Virus record (IMG/VR): IMGVR_UViG_3300028591_003737
Span: 32,001-96,000 of that record
DNA length: 64,000 bases
Strand: one strand, 5' to 3'
From: a virus
Lineage: Duplodnaviria; Caudoviricetes
This document shows, one piece after another, positions 41,414 to 51,848 of the stretch. Below the pieces are notes generated by a model. The model saw nothing but the letters and a program-made list of their open reading frames with translations, was not told the origin of the DNA and ran no database searches. The position numbers and the translations under genes were made by a program. How positions within the stretch are numbered: position 1 is the first letter of the stretch; each line of letters starts with the position of its first letter.

Positions 41414-43486
41414 TTAGAAATAGAATTTAAGATCTGCAAAGAAATTAGTACCAGCTTCTCTGAACCAAAGAAGTTCTGTAGCTCCTTCTGCTGCATTATA
41501 ATAATTTACTCTATTAAGTAGATTATTTACTCTAAGACCAAATTCAACATTCTTATATCTATAGTTTCCATAGAAATTAAATGTAAGATAATAAGGAATC
41601 TCATACTTATTATTCTGATCAAGATACATCTTTGAATGATATAAATTATTTAGACCAACCTTAAAATTATTTCCTTTATAATAAATATCATTATTAAGAG
41701 TAAATGCAGGAGTAAGAATATGATACTTATTTGTAAAGTTTTCAGAATTTACTTTATTCTTGCTAAGTGAAGTATTAAGTGCATAATGAATTCCATTCCA
41801 AATATTCCAATCAAGACTTACTTCAACACCCATTCTATATGAATTAGTTGCAGTATCATGAAGAGGAAGACCATTCAAACCATATTGTCCATTAAGAATA
41901 CGCTCATTCTTGAAGTACATGTAATAAAGATTTACATTAGCTTCAATTCTATCTGATGTAACTACATAACCAGTTTCAACATCATATGAACGCTCAGCTT
42001 TATTAGTTGCAAGTTCATTAAGTTGACCAGTAGCTAAATACGCAATTCTGAGATCTTCATTTCCACCAAACATATCAGTTCTTGTAGGCTCACGAGAAAC
42101 CTCAGAATATCTTACATAGAACTTATTATAATTATTAAGATCAAAATCAACATTTAATCCATAGTTTATAAAGTTCCAATCAGTACCATATTTCTTTTTA
42201 CCAAAGGACCAAAGTGGATTCATATTATCAGCATAAGAAAAATCTACATGTCTATACTGAACATTTCCACCAAATGTAAACTTATAAAGCTTATAAGTTG
42301 CTGAAATAAAAGCATTAGCATCAAACTTATTACCAGTATTATCATAATATTCAGAAGGATCAACATTTACAAAATGAGAACTTAGTTTATCATTCATAAA
42401 ATGTTCTCTCTGATACTTATAAACATTTGCACCAGCAGTAAGTGTTACAGGTCCAAGATAAAATTTTCCAGCTAAATTACCTCCATAAAGATAATGTGTA
42501 AGCCCATAAGTATAAAGAATACCAGTAGCTCCCCATGTAGCATCAGCCATTCTAGTCATATAATTATCAAGGTCGAAATTATACCAACCATTCTGATACT
42601 GGAGGTAAGCAGATGCACTTAGAAGAACATTATTAGATAGCCAGCCCTTATATTGAATCTTATTAATACTCTGGAACCATTCATCATCTTCTGACTTAAG
42701 ATTACCATTTGCACGAGGATTAACAGTAAGTTCATTAAGAGTATTACCTAACCAACCTTGACCATTACGATGACGACCATTTAAAGAAATAAAATCAATA
42801 CTATGTTTAGGATTAAAGAAATATCCATACTTAATAGTAAATGCCTGAGAGTTATTGAATCCATAATCCTTAAAACCATCAGTCTGCTGCTGAGTAGCCT
42901 TTACATGAACTGCATTATGATTTCCAATAAGACCAGAATTATAAACTATACTTGTCTTATAAGTATTAAATGAACCACCACCTACATAACCATAACTTTC
43001 AGTATCTTTAAGTAAGTCAATAGATTCAAGATTAATACTACCACCACTAGATGCAGTACCATTATTTGTACTAGAAGTACCACGTTCAACCTTTAAAGTA
43101 TGAAGTGAAGACATAAGGTCTGGAGAATTAGCGAAATAAGTACCATAATCTTCAGCTTCATTCCAAGGCATACCATCAAGAGTAACATTGATACGAGTCT
43201 GATCAAGACCACGAATACGGAAATATCCATAACCAAATTCAGTACCATTATCATTCATACTGAAAATACCAGGCATCTTACGGAATACATGAGAAGGTTC
43301 CTGACCATGATTCTCAGATACAAGAGACTCATGATTTACAAGAGACCCAACATTAACTGTATTACGATAAAATGAAACAACTGACACTGAATCAATACTA
43401 TAAACATTTGTAGTGTCAACATTCTGTCCAAAGACAGAACCCATCATAAGAAAGATGGTAAGAATAAAAATTAAAATTTTCTTCAT
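41414..43486 (-). CDS. TonB-dependent outer-membrane receptor
   Basis: Signal peptide; plug motif FRIRGLDQTRINVTLDGMP.N and VERG....GGSINL; beta-barrel with VNNLLN; terminal Phe. Confidence 0.92.
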   Translation of the reverse strand: MKKILIFILTIFLMMGSVFGQNVDTTNVYSIDSVSVVSFYRNTVNVGSLVNHESLVSENHGQEPSHVFRKMPGIFSMNDNGTEFGYGYFRIRGLDQTRINVTLDGMPWNEAEDYGTYFANSPDLMSSLHTLKVERGTSSTNNGTASSGGSINLESIDLLKDTESYGYVGGGSFNTYKTSIVYNSGLIGNHNAVHVKATQQQTDGFKDYGFNNSQAFTIKYGYFFNPKHSIDFISLNGRHRNGQGWLGNTLNELTVNPRANGNLKSEDDEWFQSINKIQYKGWLSNNVLLSASAYLQYQNGWYNFDLDNYMTRMADATWGATGILYTYGLTHYLYGGNLAGKFYLGPVTLTAGANVYKYQREHFMNDKLSSHFVNVDPSEYYDNTGNKFDANAFISATYKLYKFTFGGNVQYRHVDFSYADNMNPLWSFGKKKYGTDWNFINYGLNVDFDLNNYNKFYVRYSEVSREPTRTDMFGGNEDLRIAYLATGQLNELATNKAERSYDVETGYVVTSDRIEANVNLYYMYFKNERILNGQYGLNGLPLHDTATNSYRMGVEVSLDWNIWNGIHYALNTSLSKNKVNSENFTNKYHILTPAFTLNNDIYYKGNNFKVGLNNLYHSKMYLDQNNKYEIPYYLTFNFYGNYRYKNVEFGLRVNNLLNRVNYYNAAEGATELLWFREAGTNFFADLKFYF

Positions 43487-43507
43487 TATTTATTTTGTTT
43501 TAAAAGG

Positions 43508-44507
43508 TTAAATATTTAAACAAAGTGTTGACTCTGAAACACATTTACCATCAACATAAAGTGCTAAAGCATATCTAGTATTACCTATATCTGTTCTTTT
43601 TGCTTTAAAATCAACTTTAACATGATTTCTCAAAAAATTTGTAAGTATTTCAGGATTATCAGTCAAATATTTTTCAATATAAGTATTTATATTTTCTTGA
43701 GTAATGATTTGTTTTTTCTGTTTTTTACTTTTTCTAGATTTATGAGTAGTAAGTTTTTTGCTTACCTTTTTAGGATAAACATTTTCATCATTAACAGATA
43801 TATTATCTATACTAACATTATTCATTTTCCCAGTTCTATATAATTCATTAATTATATTATCAATAAAACTACTTATACTATCAATACTATTATCTACCAT
43901 ATATTATCATCTTATATTAATTTAATATAGAACTATTCATTCAAAGAATTTCCATCTGGAGAACAACAATATAAATCCTCAGATATAAGTGGTTTATATT
44001 TTCCTATATGTTTTTTATCTACAGGAAGCCAAGTATCTTTAGTATCTGTTTCTGTCCATTTTGGATTCTTTCGTATAACTTGACTACAATTAATTGCTAT
44101 TTCCATTCCTTCTTCGCGAGATACAAATCTACCTTTTGAAGTATAGAATCCCATAGCATTTTGCTCTTGAACAAGTTCATCTCCAAAGCGTAGAAAGATA
44201 TCATGATGACGATATCCTAATTCAATGTTTAGAATATCATTATTAACATGATATGGTTTACTTTCTACTTTTCTTGGTTCTTTTCTTTTCCAAGCAGCAC
44301 AAAGGATATATTCTTTTGTATTATCAATCATAAATTATTTTCATTAGGAGTTTGTCTTTCACATAAACACCAACAATAATGATAACCATTAGATATACAT
44401 GCAGAAATTTGAATAATTTTCCAACCTTCTGTATTTAATTTTTCAACTTTATTATCAACTTCATATTGATAATCTCCATCTATTTTAATTATTTTCTGTT
44501 CAATCAT
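43508..44507 (-). CDS. Three hypothetical proteins (43508-43900, 43933-44331, 44328-44507)
   Basis: Tandem ORFs; 43933-44331 has the RHHD...GFYTSKGRFVSREE motif seen in phage proteins. Confidence 0.55.
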
Positions 44508-44509
44508 AA

Positions 44510-45409
44510 TTAGTCCTCAACAATCTTTCCATTCTCAACAAGGAAATCATATAAATCTTTAACTTTAATCTTCCATTGTGCTTTATATTCACAACCACCA
44601 TAGTAGTCATGATCTCCCCACTCGTCAAGTTGAATATATTTCTTCTTCAACTCTTTGAATTTAAGATATGTAATGTCTGGATATTCATTCTGAAGAATTT
44701 CATCAAGTTCTTCAAAGTCAGATTCAGGTTCAGCAGAACATGTACCTTCATTACCCCAACAATTTGCCCAAGTTCCACCAGTGGTCCAAGAATCAGAAGT
44801 TATATATTCTTTTTCCTGACCATTAAAATCATATCCATATTTGAATTTGAACTTATCCCAAGATGTTGCCTTTTCAATAGAATGGTTATACCACCAGAAA
44901 TCAATGTCAGGAAATTCCTTCTTAAGTTCATCAATACTAACATTAATATTTGCATTCATAATTGTAATTGCAGAATCTATTTCTCTGCGACCTTTATCAT
45001 TATGAAGGCAAAGTTCTCTATTAGGAATCCAAAAGTCTATGATTACCTGATATTTAGCATTTTTATCTGCATAATAATATTCACTATCATTCTTTACGGC
45101 CTTGAAAATATATTTCAATGCATTAATGATAGTCTCATTATTAAGGAATAATCCATCAAGAATAATTTCATCGTATTTAGAATAACTGTCATAATGACTA
45201 GCTTCTTCAAGAACTTCTTCAATAGTATTGATATGCTCTTGTTCAAGATAGTAATCACAATTTACCAGCTTGACACTATTATATCTAATACCATTTCTAA
45301 TGTTTCTTTTTTCAGTTTCATAATCAGACATATACTTTCTTGCCCAAGTAGTTTTACCACTACCTGGAAGACCTACAAGAACGTGAATACTTTTAACAAA
45401 TTCGCTCAT
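44510..45409 (-). CDS. P-loop kinase (polynucleotide kinase-like) with extra C-terminal domain
   Basis: GLPGSGKTT, IILDG, C...D..R lid. Confidence 0.75.
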   Translation of the reverse strand: MSEFVKSIHVLVGLPGSGKTTWARKYMSDYETEKRNIRNGIRYNSVKLVNCDYYLEQEHINTIEEVLEEASHYDSYSKYDEIILDGLFLNNETIINALKYIFKAVKNDSEYYYADKNAKYQVIIDFWIPNRELCLHNDKGRREIDSAITIMNANINVSIDELKKEFPDIDFWWYNHSIEKATSWDKFKFKYGYDFNGQEKEYITSDSWTTGGTWANCWGNEGTCSAEPESDFEELDEILQNEYPDITYLKFKELKKKYIQLDEWGDHDYYGGCEYKAQWKIKVKDLYDFLVENGKIVED

Positions 45410-45434
45410 AATATTTATATTTTAATCCAACTAT

Positions 45435-45468
45435 AATATAGAAAAAGGTTTGAAAAATTCAAACCTTC
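45435..45468 (-). promoter_or_regulatory. Class I promoter overlapped by a hairpin
   Basis: TTTGAA-N16-CTATATT within the AAGGTTTGAA/TTCAAACCTT inverted repeat. Confidence 0.7.
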
Positions 45469-46070
45469 TTAAATAAATTCTCAAATAAATTGTCTCTTGT
45501 AAATATCTGCCTTATATTACACCCAATATAGTTTCCTATAACTACAATTATATAATATATAGTTGGTTTCCATAGACCATAATTTAAAAACAAATTATCT
45601 TCTATTCCAAAATAGAATGCATCAGCAATAGAGTGATTAAAACCACATATAACAAATAAAGGAATACCAATAAGAAGAGGAATTACTGAATTATCTCTTT
45701 TAGATAAAAAGACTGAAATATCAACAATACATCCACACATAATTGCTTTTGATAATGTGACATACCATGGTGACATAAGTTTATTAAATATAATTGGAGA
45801 AAGATTATTTCCAATAGCACCATCATAAGTAAAGTGCATTAACCATGCTCCAAGTGAAGCTCCACCAATATTTAGGGCTAAAACTTCCATTTTAGTCCAA
45901 AACTTCTCTTCTGTACCAGCAATACCTGTATATAGTGGAGTTTGTAATTTGACTACACAAATAATACCAAAAGCAAATAGAAATGCTCCAATTATTCCAC
46001 CAACTTTAAGAAATGCATATCCACCGATAGCAATTAAAAATCCAGCAAAAATTTTTTTAAGAATATTCAT
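45459..46070 (-). CDS. Formate/nitrite transporter (FNT) family channel
   Basis: AGFLIAIG, LFAFG, LYTG, NIGG, KAIMCG, FVICGFNHSIAD, GNYIG. Confidence 0.82.
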   Translation of the reverse strand: MNILKKIFAGFLIAIGGYAFLKVGGIIGAFLFAFGIICVVKLQTPLYTGIAGTEEKFWTKMEVLALNIGGASLGAWLMHFTYDGAIGNNLSPIIFNKLMSPWYVTLSKAIMCGCIVDISVFLSKRDNSVIPLLIGIPLFVICGFNHSIADAFYFGIEDNLFLNYGLWKPTIYYIIVVIGNYIGCNIRQIFTRDNLFENLFKKV

Positions 46071-46241
46071 TATTTTTCTTTTTATTAGGACAACCAGCAG
46101 CTAAATCTAAATTATGACTAAGCATGCATTTTAATTCATTAGTATCTTTAATTATAGAGAAAAAAGCACAATCTTTACACTTTTCTGGAATATTCATAAG
46201 TACAATCAAATAATATATTTGAATATACTTAAAAATAAAGT

Positions 46242-46595
46242 TTAATCTACTACTTTTTCTCTTTTAAATATATACATAATAGCATAAGGTTTACCATCAC
46301 CGCCATAACTAGTTAATGCACTAAAACTTACTAATTCCCATTTAGCAACTTTATTTAAAAATGTTAAAATATCTTTAAATTTTTTAAAATCAAGTTTTTC
46401 ATAATATTTATCAAAATGATCTTCAATAGTTAAAAATCCATTATTTATATATGTTTTAATATCATTAAAATTATATTGATATGGTGTTTGTGGATGTTTC
46501 ATTTCAAGAGAAATAAAACCGCATATTTGCTCATAATCTATAATTATTTGATTATATTCATAATAACTATCTGATGTTGATTTTTTGTCTTTCAT
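46242..46595 (-). CDS. Hypothetical protein (WELVS small family)
   Basis: LNKVAKWELVSF...YIFKRE. Confidence 0.55.
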   Translation of the reverse strand: MKDKKSTSDSYYEYNQIIIDYEQICGFISLEMKHPQTPYQYNFNDIKTYINNGFLTIEDHFDKYYEKLDFKKFKDILTFLNKVAKWELVSFSALTSYGGDGKPYAIMYIFKREKVVD

Positions 46596-47083
46596 TAGAA
46601 TAAATTTAATTGTTCTATCTTCTTTACTTCTTTTTCTGGAAGAGGACCTTTATCTCTAAGATAAGTTAATCTTCCACAGAATTCTGATGTAGTCAACACG
46701 GTTTCATTTATTTTATTCTTTCCTATAGAATGAGTTAATGTACTTCCTTTAGTTGCTTCAAGAGCTTTTCTAAATCCTTCATTCTTATAAAGTTGATTAT
46801 ATGCTCTATTCAAAAGATTCTGATATTCATCACTATCTCTTTTATACGTATCTCCAAGCCAATAAAGTTCTTGTTTTTGAAACCACTTCTTTTTCTTTCC
46901 TTTAAACTTTGCCGCTTTACCTACAAGAGTACATACATATTTCTGCATTTCAACAGATTCAAACTTCAATGACTGAAGAAATCCTTCCATTGAATTACAT
47001 TGTACTCCATCAATCTCAAATGGGTGTGGAGCAAAATTACTTAAGGTTCCAGCAGGATAACCATTACCACTTCCTATATCCAT
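46595..47083 (-). CDS. Phage NADAR, T4 gp30.3-like
   Basis: LSNFAPHPF.IDG....SMEGFLQSLK, LYW.G, ALEAT, LTHSIG, VLT..EF. Confidence 0.8.
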   Translation of the reverse strand: MDIGSGNGYPAGTLSNFAPHPFEIDGVQCNSMEGFLQSLKFESVEMQKYVCTLVGKAAKFKGKKKKWFQKQELYWLGDTYKRDSDEYQNLLNRAYNQLYKNEGFRKALEATKGSTLTHSIGKNKINETVLTTSEFCGRLTYLRDKGPLPEKEVKKIEQLNLF

Positions 47084-47085
47084 AA

Positions 47086-48187
47086 TTATTTATTTATTTC
47101 TTTATAATATTCATCATCAATTCTATTGATATAATCAAGAGGAGATTCACCAACTTTTAAAATATGGATTTTTTCAAATCCATTTTCTTTAGTAATTAAA
47201 GATTCTTCTTCTTTAATACTACCTTTATATTTTAATCCATAATCACCAGACATTTTCTTTGTAGCTGGATCTAAATCACCCCAATAAGTTTTCTCATCTC
47301 CATCAATAGTTTCTACATAATAAGATTTACCAGTCTTTAAAGATTTAACTATAAAACGACCAGTTTCATCTCTATTAAATAAAAATTTTTTACTAAAATC
47401 TTTATCCATTGTCTTTAATTCTATGTTTTACTGCATATTTTGGGAATGAATCAGCTAATGCTTGTGCTATTGTTTCCCAAGGTTGTATACAATTTTCGGT
47501 ATCTTCACAACTATATCCAACACCTTTAAATACAGTTATACCATCATATCTTGCATAATTAAGCATTTTTACTTTTCTACCTTTATCAAAGTAATAATAT
47601 GATAATAAAACTTCATTACCTACTTTTGGTTTTAAAATTCTTTTAACCTTAGTAGATAATTTTACATACTGATATTTTTCAGGATAATTATTAAAACCTA
47701 CTTTATCCCAAAATTCTTTATCATAATGAATCATATTTATTCAACTATTTCAAATCCTTTTAATTCATTATATTCTTTATCAGAAACATATCTCCATGCT
47801 AAAAGTAAAATAGGAGGAATAGTTATTTCTCCATTAAAATGAATTGCTTGATCAAAAACAATATCATTATTTTCATCTACATGACCAACATATTTACCTT
47901 GATTAGTTTTACAATAAATCTTTCGTCCTACTTCTGGCCATGCATCATAATCATCATCTCGTCTATAATACCATTTTTTATTCATACTTACTGTCATCAT
48001 CAATTACTTCATACTGACAATGTAATTTGACTTCTTTAATACCATCAGGAAATATATCAATATCATTTTCATAATATTCTGAAAATTTCTTAATAGCATC
48101 TTGAACATCTTTTGCTACAACAAGTTCACCATCACGTAATCCATAATGATTAACTTTAAATATTTTTATATAATTTCTTGTAATCAT
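47086..48187 (-). CDS. Four hypothetical proteins (47086-47409, 47402-47734, 47737-48003, 47978-48187)
   Basis: Tandem coupled ORFs. Confidence 0.6.
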
Positions 48188-48188
48188 A

Positions 48189-48527
48189 TTACTTTAAACC
48201 AATAACTTTAATTGCTCCTTCTATTTGTTCAATATCAAATTTTTTAAAACATATATTGTTTTCAATTTTAAAACCATTTCCACAACCATAAAAACTATAC
48301 CAGTTTCTTATACTTACAAGACCAAACTTATCTGTAACTTTTTTATATACATGAGTATATCTACACCATTTATTTGCACTTGTAATATCTTTAGAACTAA
48401 ACTTTTCATAAGTTATTGTTCTACAATATACTTTTTCTTTACAAGCATTATTTCTCTCATTAGTTTCTTCTTTAATATATTCAGAGAAACCATGATCTTT
48501 AAACTATTTATCATCAATCTTAGACAT
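48189..48527 (-). pseudogene. 112-codon gene interrupted by one in-frame TAG (codon 8); pseudogene or amber read-through
   Basis: ATG TCT AAG ATT GAT GAT AAA TAG TTT AAA GAT CAT GGT... open to TAA at 48189; fills the gap between its neighbours exactly. Confidence 0.7.
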
Positions 48528-48971
48528 GATTAACCTCCCTATCAATTTCAATTAACTTTTCTGGATGCATTGTCCAAAACTGAAATAAATTACTATCAAA
48601 CATATTTACATCGACTTTCTGATAATAAGCAATGCAATTTGGTTCATTTGCTCTCATTACAGCAAGACCAAGATTAAGGTTCTTTTTTGTAGTAAAAAGA
48701 CCCATAAGCATTCTATTTTTATTAACTAAGATGTACATGGTGAATATGTTTTAATTAAACTTTCAAGATTATTAAATTCAATTCTTCCAGGAATCCACTG
48801 ATAATAACTTACTTCTACATTATAATTCTTTTTAAGTTTATTTAATATAGTATTAATTTCATCAGCACAAATTCCTGAATATAAAGTACCAACCATCTTA
48901 TTGAAAGCTTCTCCACGTTTTTGAAGTTCAATAAGAAGGTCATATATCTTTTTATTACGTCTGCTATCCAT
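48520..48971 (-). CDS. Two small hypothetical proteins (48520-48738, 48726-48971)
   Basis: Coupled ORFs downstream of mdh. Confidence 0.55.
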
Positions 48972-48974
48972 AAA

Positions 48975-49946
48975 TTAAATAAGGGATTCATTTACTTTCT
49001 TTACAGCTTCCACACTTTCAAGAAGTCTTTCTTTCACAGATTCCTCAAATTCCTTATCGATATAAACCTTAGGTGCATTATAAGCATCTTCAGTAAGCTG
49101 AATCAAAGAGCCGATGCAGCAACCATATTCCTCACGCCAGACAGATGCAGTAAACATCTCATCATTACCTTCATAAATAGAAGCACACATATCAGCAATT
49201 GCCTGAGCAGGAGCTTCCCATGCAGAAGTACCAAGCAATCCAGTAAGAATTGCGCCTCCTCTCATAGTACGGTCAACTACATCTTCAATTTCTTCTGTAT
49301 TAAGATAATTAGTAAGAGGATTACCATAAACAGTAACTTCACTTACAATCGGAATCATAGTTTTATCACCATGACCGCCAATAACATATGCATTCTGTAC
49401 ATCATCAGGAACAAATCCAGCATCAGGCATTTTTTCATTAAGCTTTGCCCAAATAGTATACTTGAAACGTGCACTGTCAAGAGATCCACCAAGACCGATT
49501 ACCTTACTGTCAATATCCCACATAGGTCCATAATTCTTAATAAGATAATCACGTACCATCTGAGTCATCGTATCCATTGGATTGGAAACAACAACATATG
49601 TTGCATCAGGAGAATACTTAGTAGCCTGATCAAGAACGGAAGTCATAATCTTAGAATTAACACCAACAAGCTCTTCACGAGTCATACCAGGCTTCCTAGG
49701 CATACCAGAAGTAATAACAATAATATCTGACTTAGCAGTTTTTGTATAGTCATTAGTAGTACCAATAACTACAGTATTGTTATTCCACTTCATCATAAGA
49801 GACTGCATAATATCCATCGCCTTACCTTCGGCAACACCCTCCTTGATATCAAGAAGAACAACTTTATCAAAAATACCAAGTTCAGCAATTTTCATTGCAG
49901 CAGTTGCACCTACATTACCAGCACCAATAATAGAAACTTTACTCAT
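48975..49946 (-). CDS. mdh: Malate dehydrogenase (LDH-like)
   Basis: IIGAGNVG, GKAMD, GMPRKPGMTREEL (MDH Arg), VSNPMD, LDSARF, GGHGD. Confidence 0.92.
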   Translation of the reverse strand: MSKVSIIGAGNVGATAAMKIAELGIFDKVVLLDIKEGVAEGKAMDIMQSLMMKWNNNTVVIGTTNDYTKTAKSDIIVITSGMPRKPGMTREELVGVNSKIMTSVLDQATKYSPDATYVVVSNPMDTMTQMVRDYLIKNYGPMWDIDSKVIGLGGSLDSARFKYTIWAKLNEKMPDAGFVPDDVQNAYVIGGHGDKTMIPIVSEVTVYGNPLTNYLNTEEIEDVVDRTMRGGAILTGLLGTSAWEAPAQAIADMCASIYEGNDEMFTASVWREEYGCCIGSLIQLTEDAYNAPKVYIDKEFEESVKERLLESVEAVKKVNESLI

Positions 49947-50136
49947 ATCTTTTTAAATTAAATTATTACAATTAAAATATAGAAATAAATATTTAAAATT
50001 TATTTTTTGTGATGTTTCTTTTTTGCTTTTATTCGTTCAGCAGTAGTTATATAACCATTTTTACGTGGTATTCCATATTGTTCATAAATAGTAGTCCATT
50101 TATCTCTACTAACTGTAAAATTTCCTAGATACATAA

Positions 50137-50997
50137 TTACTTCTTATTAAGTTTATTAAGTTCAAAAATAGCTTTTATATGAGTATAATCATCAAGAGTA
50201 ATATTAAAATCATCTTTAAAACATTTATCAAGGAAAGGAACTCTAAAACGTTTAAAATAAACTAAATTATATGTTCCAAATTCAATGATATTTTCCATCA
50301 TATCATCAATAGTGATAGGAAAATAATTTTCATTAAGTTCACGTTCCCAATTTACAACCCAACGATATTTAAGAAGGAAATGAACAACATTCTTCATATT
50401 ATCAAAACTACCCCAATGTTTGTTAAACTCTTCTTTCTGTTTAATCAATTGGTTAGAACGATTATAAATATCATTATAAATATCACTTATATTCTGAATA
50501 ATACTTGGGTCTGTAGGACGGTCAAGATCTTCAGAACACATCATATCTCTAATGCAAATATAATCAAATCCAGAGTCAACAACCCTTCTCCAGAAAGTAA
50601 TAATATCATCTTGATCTGCAGCATATGAATAAACTTCATGAATAACAGATGAAAGAATTAAAACTTTCTTACGATATATTGGTTGTTCAGAAAGATTCTT
50701 AACAACATCTTTCCAATCAGAAGTAAAATGAACATTTTTGGCACCACCGTTGAAATTAGTTTTAGCAAGTTCAATCATAGTGTCAGAAATATCATAACCA
50801 ATGTATGTATTGGTATAATAATTATTGTAAATGCCTACAAGATAGTTGATAAGAGTACCATCAGCACAACCAAAATCAACAAATGTATATTCTTGATTTT
50901 TAGGAAGTTCATTCAAAAAGAATAGCTTATCTTCCATTCCTTTTGCCATATTCTCATTATAAGAGAGAATATTCTTGAAATTAGGACCGATTTCCAT
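50137..50997 (-). CDS. Class I SAM-dependent methyltransferase
   Basis: VDFGCADG, GYDIS, LSSVIHEV, IRD. Confidence 0.8.
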   Translation of the reverse strand: MEIGPNFKNILSYNENMAKGMEDKLFFLNELPKNQEYTFVDFGCADGTLINYLVGIYNNYYTNTYIGYDISDTMIELAKTNFNGGAKNVHFTSDWKDVVKNLSEQPIYRKKVLILSSVIHEVYSYAADQDDIITFWRRVVDSGFDYICIRDMMCSEDLDRPTDPSIIQNISDIYNDIYNRSNQLIKQKEEFNKHWGSFDNMKNVVHFLLKYRWVVNWERELNENYFPITIDDMMENIIEFGTYNLVYFKRFRVPFLDKCFKDDFNITLDDYTHIKAIFELNKLNKK

Positions 50998-51245
50998 TAT
51001 TCAACAGATTTATAAATGATATGTTCTGCACGACGAACCCAAGAAAGGAGTTCTTCAACACTAAGATTGTCAACATGAGTAAGACGACCATTCATATTGA
51101 CAAGAACTCTGTCATATTCAACTGTAATACCATTTGTAGTTTCCATATTTTTGTAACCACGAGAATGGAAAATAGTACGAATATCTTCAATCATTTCCTG
51201 ACGAAGTTCAAAAATCTTACGTTCATTTTTAGCGAAATAATCCAT
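50997..51245 (-). CDS. Hypothetical protein
   Basis: First gene after the promoter at 51272-51300. Confidence 0.6.
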   Translation of the reverse strand: MDYFAKNERKIFELRQEMIEDIRTIFHSRGYKNMETTNGITVEYDRVLVNMNGRLTHVDNLSVEELLSWVRRAEHIIYKSVE

Positions 51246-51271
51246 AATGTTATCTTGTTTATTACATTAAT

Positions 51272-51310
51272 AATATAGAATAAAAAAGAGGAAATTCAAA
51301 ATTTCCTCTT
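51272..51310 (-). promoter_or_regulatory. Class I promoter overlapped by a terminator hairpin
   Basis: TTTGAA-N16-CTATATT; AAGAGGAAATT/AATTTCCTCTT stem. Confidence 0.7.
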
Positions 51311-51830
51311 ATTTCTTTTTATTAGGTCCTAAAACTATATACATTCTTTTTCCTTCTAGTTTAGGCATATTCTCAGCCTTACCGAATTCTTCACATTCAA
51401 TAGCAAATCGAAGTAGAAGTTTTTCACCTTGTTCTGTAAAATTAATGCTTCGTCCCTTAAAGAATATAGATGCCTTAACTTTATTTCCATCTTTCAGAAA
51501 TTCTTGTGCATGTTTCAATTTAAACTGAAAATCATGTTCATCAGTATTAGGTCCAAAACGAATTTCTTTAATTTCAACTTGTTTAGAATTAGCTTTCATC
51601 TCTTTGGATTTCTTCTTCTGTTGATAAAGATATTTCTGATAATCTAGTATCTTACAAACAGGAGGATCTCCATTTGGATTTATTTCAACTAAATCTAATT
51701 CTAATTCATCAGCAATTTGCATTGCTTTTCTGGTATCATAAATACCAACTTCAACATTATCTCCTACAAGTCTAACTTTAGGAACTCTAATTTGTTCATT
51801 AATTCTTAAACTGTTTTCTTCTTTCTTCAT
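51309..51830 (-). CDS. infC: Translation initiation factor IF-3
   Basis: [45 protein letters not shown]. Confidence 0.96.
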   Translation of the reverse strand: MKKEENSLRINEQIRVPKVRLVGDNVEVGIYDTRKAMQIADELELDLVEINPNGDPPVCKILDYQKYLYQQKKKSKEMKANSKQVEIKEIRFGPNTDEHDFQFKLKHAQEFLKDGNKVKASIFFKGRSINFTEQGEKLLLRFAIECEEFGKAENMPKLEGKRMYIVLGPNKKK

Positions 51831-51848
51831 TTATTATAAATTTATTTT

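Noticed and set aside
43487-43930. TPP or other riboswitch upstream of the TonB receptor
   Set aside because: The region is occupied by a CDS and no riboswitch core motifs were seen.
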